From positions 19,654,001 to 19,718,000 of the forward strand of contig CM060731.1 of NCBI GenBank assembly GCA_030704615.1: a stretch of DNA of 64,000 nt, read 5' to 3'. The notes below the pieces were generated by a model. That model ran no database searches and was not told where the DNA came from. It saw nothing but the letters and a program-made list of their open reading frames with translations. The translations under genes and the position numbers were made by a program. Origin of the DNA: Takakia lepidozioides. Its lineage: Eukaryota; Plantae; Bryophyta. Shown here piece by piece: positions 53,396 to 64,000 of the stretch (positions are counted from its first letter, which is position 1; every line of letters starts with the position of its first letter).

Positions 53396-55191
53396 CTAAT
53401 GGCCACGTGACCCTCGGTTGTGTCCAGAAGTTGGTGGAGGAGGTCGCGCAACAAAGAGTTCCTTAGTGTGGACAAGGGAGTGGTCTTCTGGACGTGACAT
53501 ATCCAAATGAGACGCAACACCCGCATGAACTGTGGTGTTTTCGGAGGTGGTGCTGTGTTTCGACTTCCTGCCAAAATGCGCCATGAACAAGTGGGCTTCC
53601 TCCCGTGAATGTGTGAACATATTATTAGAGAGCTCTGGGATGTCACCCGCCTTGATAATTTGGAAAAGAGGGGACCAGCCCCATTTACTCTCATATATTT
53701 CGTCATTGACCTGTCTGTCCTATTGAAGCCAACCTCCACAAATTGAGTTTTTCTACTCTCCAACGCAGCCTGAGCAGCAACCTCCTTCAGCTCACAGTCC
53801 ATGATGGCAGCCCTGTACTTGTGATATTTGACAACATCATTGCACTCAGCTTATTGAGCTGCATGGTTAGGAGTAAAACCAGGACGTATTGAAAAGCACG
53901 CCAATGTCTTACGAAGAAGTGCCTCCTCCTGCAGTGGTGCATCATGCTGCTACCACACCATGACAGAGAATTGTACTGACAATAGAACAGACCCCGAAAT
54001 GGTCATGGATACAAAAACAATCCAAACAAAGACATTGCAATGCATGAGAACAAAACCCATGCAAAACAATGTTTTCAAATTCAAATGCATATAAGAGAAC
54101 ATGGTGCTGCAGATCCTGAGTTGTAAATGAGAATATGCACACCTGCCAATGCATGGTGAAGAAAATGCCACGAGCTTCAGCTACAGGTAATACTTGTGCC
54201 TCCAAGAGGAACAACCTTACAATAAAGATGCTAGAATACAAATTTGCATGAGAACATGACCATTCCATATACTTAAATGCGTGCTCACAGATGGACAAAT
54301 AAACATAGAGAGAAGAGGGCGGTCAGTGCAGGAGAGGCTTAGAAGAGGTATTACCATGCGTCGGACGAACCATTGACCATAGGCTTTACCCATCATACTA
54401 TTAGCAAATTCCGCGCTCCCCACAAGTGCGGCAAGACTTTCTAAAAAACAGGGATCATCAGGTGAAGGGAACCCATCATGCAACAAATTGTAGTCCATGA
54501 GGTAGCTGAGACATGGGCGTGCAACAGCTGCTGGTTTGGGGGCACGACAATGTCAAATTTCAGTATCAGAGAAGCTGCCACAAAGGCTTGTTTGGCCTCT
54601 TCTCTAGTCGTGGATTGAAGCAAAGCTGACTTGATCAATTGATCCAGAGTTGGTGCCATTGTATGTGTCCTCTTTGGTGGGTCTGGGAGCATGATAGTTT
54701 CCTCGTCCATTGCCAAGTCCCCTGCCTGAAGAGGTACATGGGAGTCCTTAGGTAGCCGCAAATGCCTCCTCCGCTTCATTTCTGGCTGAAATTCGTCTTC
54801 ACCCCCACTATCCTCCCGGCCCACCTTCGCCCACAAGTTTTTGCGCGGCAGATGCCCATGGTCCTTCAGAACAGTCTCCATCAATGCCCTCTGACCAGCT
54901 TCAAACACATGGTACATTTTGAGTTTAGCCCCACCCTTCCCAATAGCAGCACACCCATTTATCCTGTGAACGTTTAATTTTTTTTTTGTCTTTATATACC
55001 AGTTTACAATAGATACATATGAAAGGCTTCCTGTTATTATCCCCGGGTTCATGAACCCTTGCCCTCATGTAAGCCTCGCAAATCAGTGCTTCCCACTCAT
55101 CAGTATCGTATTCCTCATGGATCCGACGCGCTTTAAGCATGGTGGATTTTTTCACCATTTCGGAAGTACAGGTGGACAGTGTACACCACAC
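53396..55191 (-). pseudogene. Spliced, frameshifted gene with a C2HC zinc finger
   Basis: KPFICIYCKLVYKDKKK/LNVHRINGC (C-x2-C-x12-H-x4-C) is restored by correcting a slip in the A-run at about 54980. Downstream exons remain protein-like. Confidence 0.6.
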
Positions 55192-55846
55192 CTAACCTAA
55201 AGAAGCGGACGTTCATGTTAAGGCACAAACTGAGAGTGGGAAAGGGTACTAACATGGGCCCTCACAACGAAGTATAAGCCATTTCCATTCTGGACGCCAC
55301 CATCTCGCACAACCGAAAGAAGCCATGCATTTGGCACACAAAGAATAATGCATTGAAGGGAAGAGCAAGACATTGGCATCACAATGCCAATGCGAACACA
55401 ATGCGACGAGCAAAAAAAATCCATCAAACTCACATTAATCTCTGAACCCCTGCAGCTATAAGTCCTAGTTGAATATTCGTGTCTCCATGAGTGTATATTC
55501 AGATTTTTATTACTGTATGCAAAATTCTTAGATTATGAATAGAGGGTTCTTGAAAATGAGGCAAGTTGGTCATCATTGTCTCATATGTGGGGCAGACAAA
55601 GATTGTTGGAGATAAAAGGCGGCCTCATGAGCCTCACGTTGTGCACTTCCCAATGAAACCCAACAATTTCACAACCCTCCAGAGATCGTACAACCCAGGC
55701 CTTGCCCCCAAGTAGTATGGTTTGATGTTTAGGGTGTATGGTTCAATATGGACAATGGATATGATGATGACATTTATTTAACAGAAATCCTCAAAGTACG
55801 TGACATAAAATAATTATCTTTGAATGTGATTGTCCCACTTATTCAG

Positions 55847-57539
55847 TTAATCACAATTACATACAAGAGCTTGTGTAATTAAAAGTTGGAGAGCTTCCCT
55901 ACTTAACACGGTATTACCAATGAGGTCCAATTGATCAAAATATCTATGTTCATGCGTTGCCAAACCACAATACCGAGACATGTAGTAGTGGAGATGAAAA
56001 CAAGAGATCGAATCCTTCCCAACCTTTCCAATTTCATAAGCTTGTGCACGGACACGAACCATGTCAGGAATGAGTTCAGCTCCTTTGGTAGGAAGGTCAT
56101 GCAAACCACCTGCACATCGCCACCTTTGATTCCCACGAGGCCCCAAGTCTTGGTTACCAATGTGTCGGGGGTCTTTCCTGAATCGTGGGTCATCAATGAG
56201 GTGGCTGGTCCATCTACATGATCAAACACATCACCACATTAGAATAACATTCCAATGTAAATTGTAGCTTAACAATGAAAGTACAAACAAGAGAAAACCA
56301 TGAGCTTACCCATGCAAACATTCATACTCGCGAAAGAAACGAGCAGGAACATGTGATCGACGATATCGACCGTTTTCATTAATCGTGCGAACTCGATGTC
56401 CATTCCAAATCTTCACGTATTCATCAACAGCTTCTTGTAGTATGGGCATATATACGTCAATAAAAGATTCTCGTTGCCACGGATCGTCCATATCCAATAA
56501 TCCATCATTGACCATTGCTTGGAAGCAATTTTTGTAGTAGAACATTACCTTCTCCCATAGATGCCGCCAAAAGTGTTCAATCCTCTAACGTGGTGATTAC
56601 ACCACACAAAGTATTAGGAATATGCACAACATTACACACTCAATGATTAATAAAGATGAACCAAGAAATATGACAGAAACGTAAAGTTGATATGCAAGAT
56701 AGAATTGTATAGAACACTAACCTGATTGTGTGTAGAAGACCCAATCAAGTACGGATTGGGTGTTTCATCACGTATGGCTTCAATGTGTTGTTTTATAAGA
56801 GAGTGCTCTACTGCAAAATCAGATCGAATTCGTAAAGGTGCTCCAAACTTGGAAACTGCATCGTGATATCATTTGAAAATGGTTTTTTCTTTCTTGTTTC
56901 TTGCAACGTTCGCCCATAAAACAAAATGAGAGGCCCCATCAATGCCAGCATGTACTCGAAGACAAATCATAATCAATTTGTCATAAGCTGCACCACGAAT
57001 TGCATACATGTTTTAGTTTGCCTACAATTTTGTGCGATATATAATACAAGAAAACGTCTTGCATGTGCATCTTCAAAGAACATTAAGATGCATGAGATAA
57101 AATACTTACAGTCAATGTGCCATAGAGCCATAGGCATTGTCACATTATACTGAGTCCTCCGAATTGCCTGTGCCCTTCTCCTACGCTCATAATGGTAGGG
57201 TGAGATGATTTTCAAAGCTTCCCCCACCTTCCTTCGAGGAATCCGCCAATTTGACCTCCTTAAGGCAGATTGCACTGTTCTCATTCCCCAATTTGACCCA
57301 TCCTCTTCAATAGGAAGTAACTCTTGAATATTTTCACACAAGCGTTGGACACTCAATTCATGATGAACTTTGAAAGGAGACCCTTGGACTTCTGATAGCA
57401 ATCTTCTCAATGGTCGTACATCATCAAAAGAAAGGGCAGTGGCGATTGATTTCATTGTGGCACCCTCATTCAACATTGCTTCCACATAAAGTACTAAATC
57501 ATCCACTACTTTGTCACCATCCAAATGGTTGTTTTCCAT
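55847..57539 (-). pseudogene. DDE transposase/integrase core (IS3/IS481-like, IS3EU type), 4 exons: 57539-57110, 56987-56722, 56584-56310, 56213-55847; one internal stop at 56869-56871
   Basis: Spliced translation: WGMRTVQSALR...RRTQYNVTMPMALWHIDSYDKL...VHAGIDGASH...FGAPLRIRSDFAVE...GSSTHNQRIEHFWR...WNGHRVRT. The D-D-E triad is intact and all three introns are GT-AG and in phase. Confidence 0.88.
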
Positions 57540-58959
57540 GCTCACATGATCTGTCTTATCTCTGCTTAATAGCCCCAGTGCCAATGCCTTCGACCTTGCC
57601 CTTGTTGTAATTGTTTGCTGTTAATTCTGTAGTCACTGCATCCACTCACACACTCCCCATAGGACTCACGTCACTAAAGTTCACATAGGCTATCAAGTAG
57701 ATGAACCAAATGTACTTTGAAACAACAACTACTCTATCCTAAAATGTATTAGCAAACCACAGTACACAGTGTGGGCAGGTTGAAGACAAACCATGTGATC
57801 AAGCTCTTTCTTTCAGTGTGTGTGTTGAGGAGTGTTTGGTAACCCACTCTACTACCCCTAAAGTTCTCTCCTCAAAACTCATGAGTCACCTGCACGTACA
57901 CAAGAACTACAGCTTTAGCTAATCGCAATTCAATTGAATTGGCATCTGATCAAGTGAATTGCGCTGCATTTCACATCAAGGCCTTTTTGGAATTCCCTAC
58001 ACGTAATACATGAAACGGTTTTACATCAACTATCAACTGTATTACCACCACGCATGCATCCATATGTGAAGGTTGTCATATATGCATGCATCGTCTCACA
58101 TGTATGCATGTCTGCTCATATATGCATTGTTCATAATACAGATTAGGACGTGATCGTGCTTTGCGGAAGTGATTGTGAGGTGCTTACACAGACGCTGAAG
58201 GCGACGCTTCGTATGCGAGGGAACATCTCTCAACAACCACGTCGCATCAAGCGTGCCACCGTCTCTATCGGTGCCGTATTGCCTGGTCTGGAAACATCAT
58301 GTGTAGATGAGTGAACGTTGTGGCAAGTTGAGTGAAAGATATGCCCCGGAGGAAAGCGCTTTCGAAGGAGTTCTCAGCAGCGTCAGTCTTTCCTGTTTCA
58401 TGGTAGTCATTTGCTTTGGTTACACACCCTTCGCCCACTTTTTTCATGTAAGTAGCGCTTGGATCCTGTGCAACACGATTCGGAAGGAAGTGTACGTATA
58501 CCAAAACGCTTTCCTTTTCATTTGTTTTGTTGCGCTACTGCTCTTCTCATGCTCGGGAGCTTCTGTTGATCGCCTATATCATTCCCGTGTTGCAGGTGAA
58601 GCTACAAGGCCTGCTAACTCCCTTGTCTCTTATATGCCATGTACCTTGAGTTTAAAATCTGATAACTTGTGTTCTGTTGATTGGAGTCATGGTTTCTCCA
58701 ACTGCTGTATACCTTCCATAGCCACCGAGAGGTCTATCTCTCCAGGTTCTGGAACACTCCTGTAGCCTGTACAACCACAAAGTAGAATTTTTTTGCTTCC
58801 ATGTACATTTATTTTTCTCACATAAGTGGTCAACAACCTTACACTTGGCATGATGATGATAGGTATGACAGGTATGATGATGAATGGTATCACTTGGCAT
58901 GATAGGTTAGGAGTCTACTTTGAGATGCCCAAGTCAAGTTTCAACCTCTACTGAATGGA

Positions 58960-59805
58960 CGCCCTTTGCGCAGGTGTAGCAGTATAGCGCTTGATTACAA
59001 CGGAACTTAGTTAGTTTTGGTAAATTAGTCTATATGCAGGTAGAGGTATCGTCATTGGGTACTAGCCCTGTTTGGTATACTCACAGAGGTACAGCGCTTG
59101 ATTCCAAAGAAACTTAGTCAAAACTACACCATCTGTAGGTAAGGGTATCGTTATGAGGTAGTTTCCCTGTTTGGTATACTCACAGAGGTACAGCGCTTGA
59201 TTCCAAAGAAACTTAGTCAAAACTACACTATATGTAGGTAAGGGTATCGTTATGAGATAGTTTCCCTGTTTGGTATACCTACAGAGGTATAGCGTTTGAT
59301 TTACAAATAAATTTGATGTCAAAAACAGTGTATATTTATGGGCAGAGGTAGTAGCCCTGATTAGTATACCGACAGAGGTATAACACTTCATTGACAAAGA
59401 AACTTAGTTATATATACTAGTACAGGTATCATCATTAGGTTGTAGCCCTGTTTGATATATCTGCAGAGGTATAGTATTTCATTTTACAAGAAAAGTTGGC
59501 CAAATTAATCTATATTTATGCGGAGGTATCGTCATGAGACAGTAGCCCTGTTTAGTATACCACCAGAGGTATAGCGCCTGACTTACAAAGAAACTTGGTC
59601 AAATCAGCCTATATGCAGGTTGACGTATCGTTATGAGGTAGTTCCCCTGTTTAGTATACCTACAGAGGTATAACGCATGATAGCCAAAGAAACTCAAGAT
59701 AAATCAGGCTGTAGGTATCGTTAAGAGGTAATAGTCATGTTTGGTTTACCTACAGAGATATACTGTCTGGAAGACAAAGAAACCTAAGATAATTCAGTCT
59801 ATATG
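58960..59805. repeat. Minisatellite, about 9 copies of a 91-100-bp unit
   Basis: CCCTGTTTRGTATA...CAGAGGTA recurs at 59066, 59165, 59264, 59355, 59446, 59546, 59645 and about 59736. Confidence 0.92.
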
Positions 59806-60570
59806 CCCCTGGTCGCAGCTGAAAAAATGACTTCCCGCACAACAAAAGCTCAGACATATCTGCATAAGACCATAGGAGTGCCCAAATTAGTGAACACATG
59901 TTACCTTACCCACTTTCTTATTGCCAATTGTGTAATGCTGCGGATGTTTCTAAACCTTAAAATGACATTGGATAAACCCTAAAACATGTGTGAGATTTCA
60001 CTAGCTTTCAAGGACAACAACAGGGCATGACCAATTCATCAAAGAAGACAATCTTGAACTGTGATACTTCTCATGGGGTGATATTTACAATGTAATAATG
60101 TCTTGAAGCTTTATATAAATCATACGGCAGGTGGGCCTCTCTCCCACCCTCTCCCCCAAGACTAAAACATATTAGAGCACTTCATACAGCGCATAAGAAT
60201 GTCAAACTAGCTAATAAACATTTTATAGTAGAGTACTCAACTTACCATATTAAATATGCAGTATAGCAACATTCCATTAATGGGTGCAAGAAGATAGGGG
60301 ACCGCAGCTATACCTCACTGTCAAAATCCTCATCCATTGATGACGTCTGTGCAAAAGTCACCAACAGCTGGAAATGTAACAACCGACAACAAAAATGGAT
60401 TCCCGTCCTTGGGCCACAACCAGATGGCACTACTCAGCGAACTTGTAACACTTAACATTCAACCAAATGTCACACTCACAGTACCACTCCAAGAGCATTT
60501 CAATTATCTATGATACCACAAAATCAACCCCTCTGTTTGAGCCATGATTCATACCCTTCACCTCCACATG

Positions 60571-63500
60571 TCATGCACAACCATAACTACTATCCATGGT
60601 AGAATAGTTAATCTTCGTCATCATCATTGAGGCATCTTTGTATGGGGGAAGATATAGAACTTGAAAGCAAGTGCTTGCTTGAATGCATGGATAGTCATGT
60701 CGATTGAGAAGTTGTATATTGATGTCTTTGCTGCCAAAGTACTCCAATCCAGTGATAAAAATAGCCAATCGAGACCTCTCAGCATAGGTCATTTGATCCA
60801 CACAATCTCGAAACCATTTTTGTTGGAGGGGCAATATAGATACATCAAATATGCACTTCCTCAAGAAATCACTTGCTTCAATTGCACAGGCACCATTGAA
60901 TACAACACGCATTGTATCAAGAGATATGCCTTTCAAACTGTCTTTCATTCGATCTTTTATGGTGGGTGCACATGGTGCTTGTTCCACAGCCATGTAAAAC
61001 CCCTCTTGCATTGCCTTCACAATCAAATGCGTCCATTGAAAAGATGACTCCAAACAATGGCTCCAATCTTGTGCTCAACTTCAGATTCCCAATTTTCTTC
61101 TGTCAGATTGAAATCCGAGAATGTCCAAGCCAAGTCTTCATGTGTTTCATCCTCTTGGAGTCTTCGAATCAATTTCATTGCCTCATCTCTTGATTTTCTA
61201 AGGCAATTTAAGATTGACCATTTTGCGGCCCAGCCCAATCGAAAATCACGTTCTAAATCCTTTTTCATTTTGGGCTCCACACCAACGGACATGTTTTTGG
61301 ACTCGGGGACTTGGTCACAAAACATGACCAAAGTTGCGAATGAAAAAGGTCTTGAGACTTCCAATTCGTTCGATGCGAGCATGAAGATCAAATGCCCTAG
61401 CATTTTGGCCTGCAATATGCACAAACAAATAGTAAGAATCAACAATGATACCTAACATTCAAACACAAGAAATGACTGTCATGGGAGTATCTTTAAAAAT
61501 AATTCATGCATGTCAATCTAAAACAAATGACTTTGCAATCCAAATCTCACCGCATCCAATTGAATGTCTGTGCGTATGACCTCAGAATCCAATTTTGGAT
61601 GCAACAACTTTCCTTGAAGATTATCAGGATATTCAAATATGGAATTGTAGCTCTGAAAACCAACAACAAAATCATCAGTCTTTGCTAGTACAATTCAAGT
61701 TTGTCATAAAATGCAAAAAGCACAAAAAACATTCATAAGTATGCAAAATGTGCATCAAAGCAAAAGATTACAAATAATCTTAAGACATGAAAAAAGTTTG
61801 TGTTTACTGCTTACGAAAGAGGTAGACCAAAATTGCTTCCAAGTATTTGTAAGCCATGCATCACGCAAACCATCTTCATCGATAGTCAATCTTTCAGCAA
61901 TGCCGCTGCAATGAATAAATTCAACCTTTGGTCTATAGCAAGCTCTTTCATGTTTGATCTCATTCCATTCAAGGTTGAAAGCTTGAAGCTCCTTCGTTTG
62001 GGTCACCTTGAAAAACAACACGGAAATTTCAACAACTTCGAAATGTCTAATTCTAAGTGAAAGCAAGCTTACAAAATTAAATACGATCATGACAGTGCAT
62101 GAACTCACCGGAATCTTGGTAATAGTGATGTTGGAAAAGCCCAACCATTTTTGTACGGCTTGAAAACAATTTGACTCATATAATACCGTTGGTATTTCAA
62201 TATGGCTTCATCAACCTTCTCTCTTGATTGCAAAAGTGTCGCCTCATCTTGGTGAGTCTCAATTTTGTCTGAGCAACACATAAGCTCAAGGTGGGCCCTT
62301 GAAAATTTGGTAAAAGCACATAACTTCAATGTCTCATGGATTCTTTGACTGAAGGTGTGATCTTCATCACCTAGAGAACCTCCATTGATGCTGTAGTGTT
62401 GTAGAATCTCTTCTGCTGTTGGGATACATAGACCAACATTCAAGGACTTAGAGATAGCTAGATCCCATGCATCCCAATATTTCCAAAAAGGTCGCGCCAT
62501 GAGCTCAAACTGAATTCGAATATCGCCAGGATTATACATGCTCATGGAAGGGTGCATAGTAACCCTACTGAGATTATCCTCAGATGTAGTGGAACCCCTA
62601 CGAAGCTCTTTTCTTTTAAAAAGCTCGTTACCAATACGTCTCAACACTTCATCATTGAAAGAATCTGTATGGAGCTCAACTTTAAACATGTCAAAAGCTG
62701 ACCAAAAAACTTGGGATCCCTGTTCATCCTTGTGGACATCGAGTGCTTCATATGCAGATTTAACATCACGTTCCCTCAATGCCTCGAAGTATGCCTCTTG
62801 ATGTTTGATCCATGTCTCTGCCATCTTGTTCAGAACTTCATCTTCAGCTGCCCATGTACAATGAGTGGGTGTTGAGGAGATTATGTCCATCTCATTAACA
62901 ATCATACTAGATGAGGAGGACATACCAACATGCGTTGTTGTGATTGGAGATGCAGGTAATGCCAGATTATAGTGACCTTGGACATTCCCCCGTTGCACGT
63001 TCCTACATCCACCTCGAGGCGGCTCACTCATAAAATCTGAATCAGAATCTCCAAGGCTGCTAGTCGGAATATTGCCACTTGATTGTTCCATCAATCCAAA
63101 CGAAGACACATCATTGTTTAATCTCGTGATGTGCAGGGTCGTAGAAGGCCTTACCCCATTTGAACCTCTGACACGCTTCGGTACTTGTGACGTACTATCA
63201 GCTTCAATGTGAGATGTTGTCATACCATAAGGCCTTTCGACCCTTCGAACATCTTGGGGCACTTGGGTGACATGAACATCTTGAACTTGTGATGGGGCCA
63301 TATGAAAAGGTTCACCATCGTTTGATGAGGATAGAGATTGAGAATCTTCAATCTCCATAGGCCTGATCTGTGCACTACCACATCGCCATCCATGGGCATT
63401 GGACCTTCTTTCATTGTCAACCTCCCTACACCTTCTATCCCTCTTCTTAGGTGGATTTCTTAGGAATTGTTGATAAGCAACAATTCCATCACTTGGGACT

Positions 63501-64000
63501 GTGCTTACATCAGGAACATATGAAACCTCGCTGCTATCAGGGATGTAAACAATAAATGTTGTTGCTGGCAATCGGCCCCATAGAGCCCCACGTTTTCGAA
63601 TCAATGGCTCGAGAAAATATTTGCCTGTTGCTCTCCTGGTCCGTTTGAAAAACACCCTGTCACACGTGGTATAGGTGTTTGACGATGAGGCTCAAGTTGT
63701 GCAAAGTGGGCAGCAATCTGAAACTCCATTGTTCCAAGATAGAATGGCTCGGGATAGATTTGCCCACCCCACTGAAGGTTTGCTTTGAGAGAGACCAAAA
63801 CAACTGGGTTGTCTGGAACCCAGTTGGAAATCAATGGCGTTAAAGCCTCACGATAGGTTGACCACTCTATTGACCTTGGAAGCATATGATGCGCCGTTGA
63901 ATATCTTTGGGAGGCACATTAGAAGATGCTTGAGGCTGTCTTGTTCGTTGTGTTCTCGACTCGCAAATGTTTCGAGGAACAGAAACATTCAAGTCATTGA
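60571..64000 (-). pseudogene. HECT-domain E3 ubiquitin ligase with a long novel N-terminus; spliced (exons to 62109, about 62052-61815, 61652-61551, 61409-60571); frameshifts near 63660 and 61030
   Basis: HECT motifs in order: VEF...TIDEDGLRDAW, SIFE, AKMLGHLI, KAMQEGF, VFNGACAIEASDF, KWFRDCVDQM...RLAIFITG, ASTCFQVLYLPPY (catalytic Cys) and terminal YGCA*. Confidence 0.85.

Larger units (their letters stand above)
45784..64000. mobile_element. Candidate giant DDE DNA transposon (IS3EU-like) with HECT, Ulp1, zinc-finger and orphan cargo; continues past the window end
   Basis: Contiguous gene-dense, uniformly decayed block containing an IS3/IS481-type transposase. It begins TATGGCTGACCAGCC. 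No matching right end was found in the window. Confidence 0.62.

Noticed and set aside
58180-58800. Possible additional cargo gene upstream of the transposase
   Set aside because: All three minus frames contain several stops and I could not choose a frame, so it is not annotated.
58960-59805. Repeat array near an integrase as a CRISPR-like guide array
   Set aside because: The units are homologous along their whole length with no unique spacers. It is kept only as a tandem repeat.
45784-64000. Endogenous giant virus or Polinton insertion
   Set aside because: No capsid, packaging ATPase, DNA polymerase or primase-helicase was recognised in the window. A DDE transposon is the simpler reading unless such genes lie beyond 64000.

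Overview
Eukaryotic plant genomic DNA. The intron style, the divergent AP2 gene and the TE families suggest a bryophyte such as a moss (inference). There are three intact spliced host genes: ATP-dependent PEP carboxykinase (8210-12476, +, 12 exons), a divergent AP2/ERF factor (27979-26099, -, 3 exons) and plastid phosphoglycerate kinase (30878-33399, +, 6 exons). Around them lie a decayed Crinkler-like fragment, a Ty3/gypsy pol with a C-terminal PHD finger, a 646-bp foldback, MULE-like and piggyBac-like non-autonomous elements, and several tandem repeats. Two systems stand out. (1) From about 45784 to beyond the window end is a decayed, gene-dense element of more than 18 kb. It carries an intron-containing IS3/IS481-type DDE transposase, a HECT E3 ligase, a Ulp1 SUMO protease, a C2HC zinc-finger gene, orphan ORFs and an internal minisatellite, and it starts at a TATGGC terminus. 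It is a candidate giant IS3EU-like DNA transposon with ubiquitin/SUMO cargo. (2) At least five fragments belong to one non-LTR retrotransposon family with chromodomain, RNase H, CCHC and restriction-like endonuclease regions (RandI/Dualen-like). Its 3' UTR is a covarying three-way-junction RNA, also found at the 3' end of a tRNA-derived SINE. All calls come from manual reading and translation; no database searches were run.
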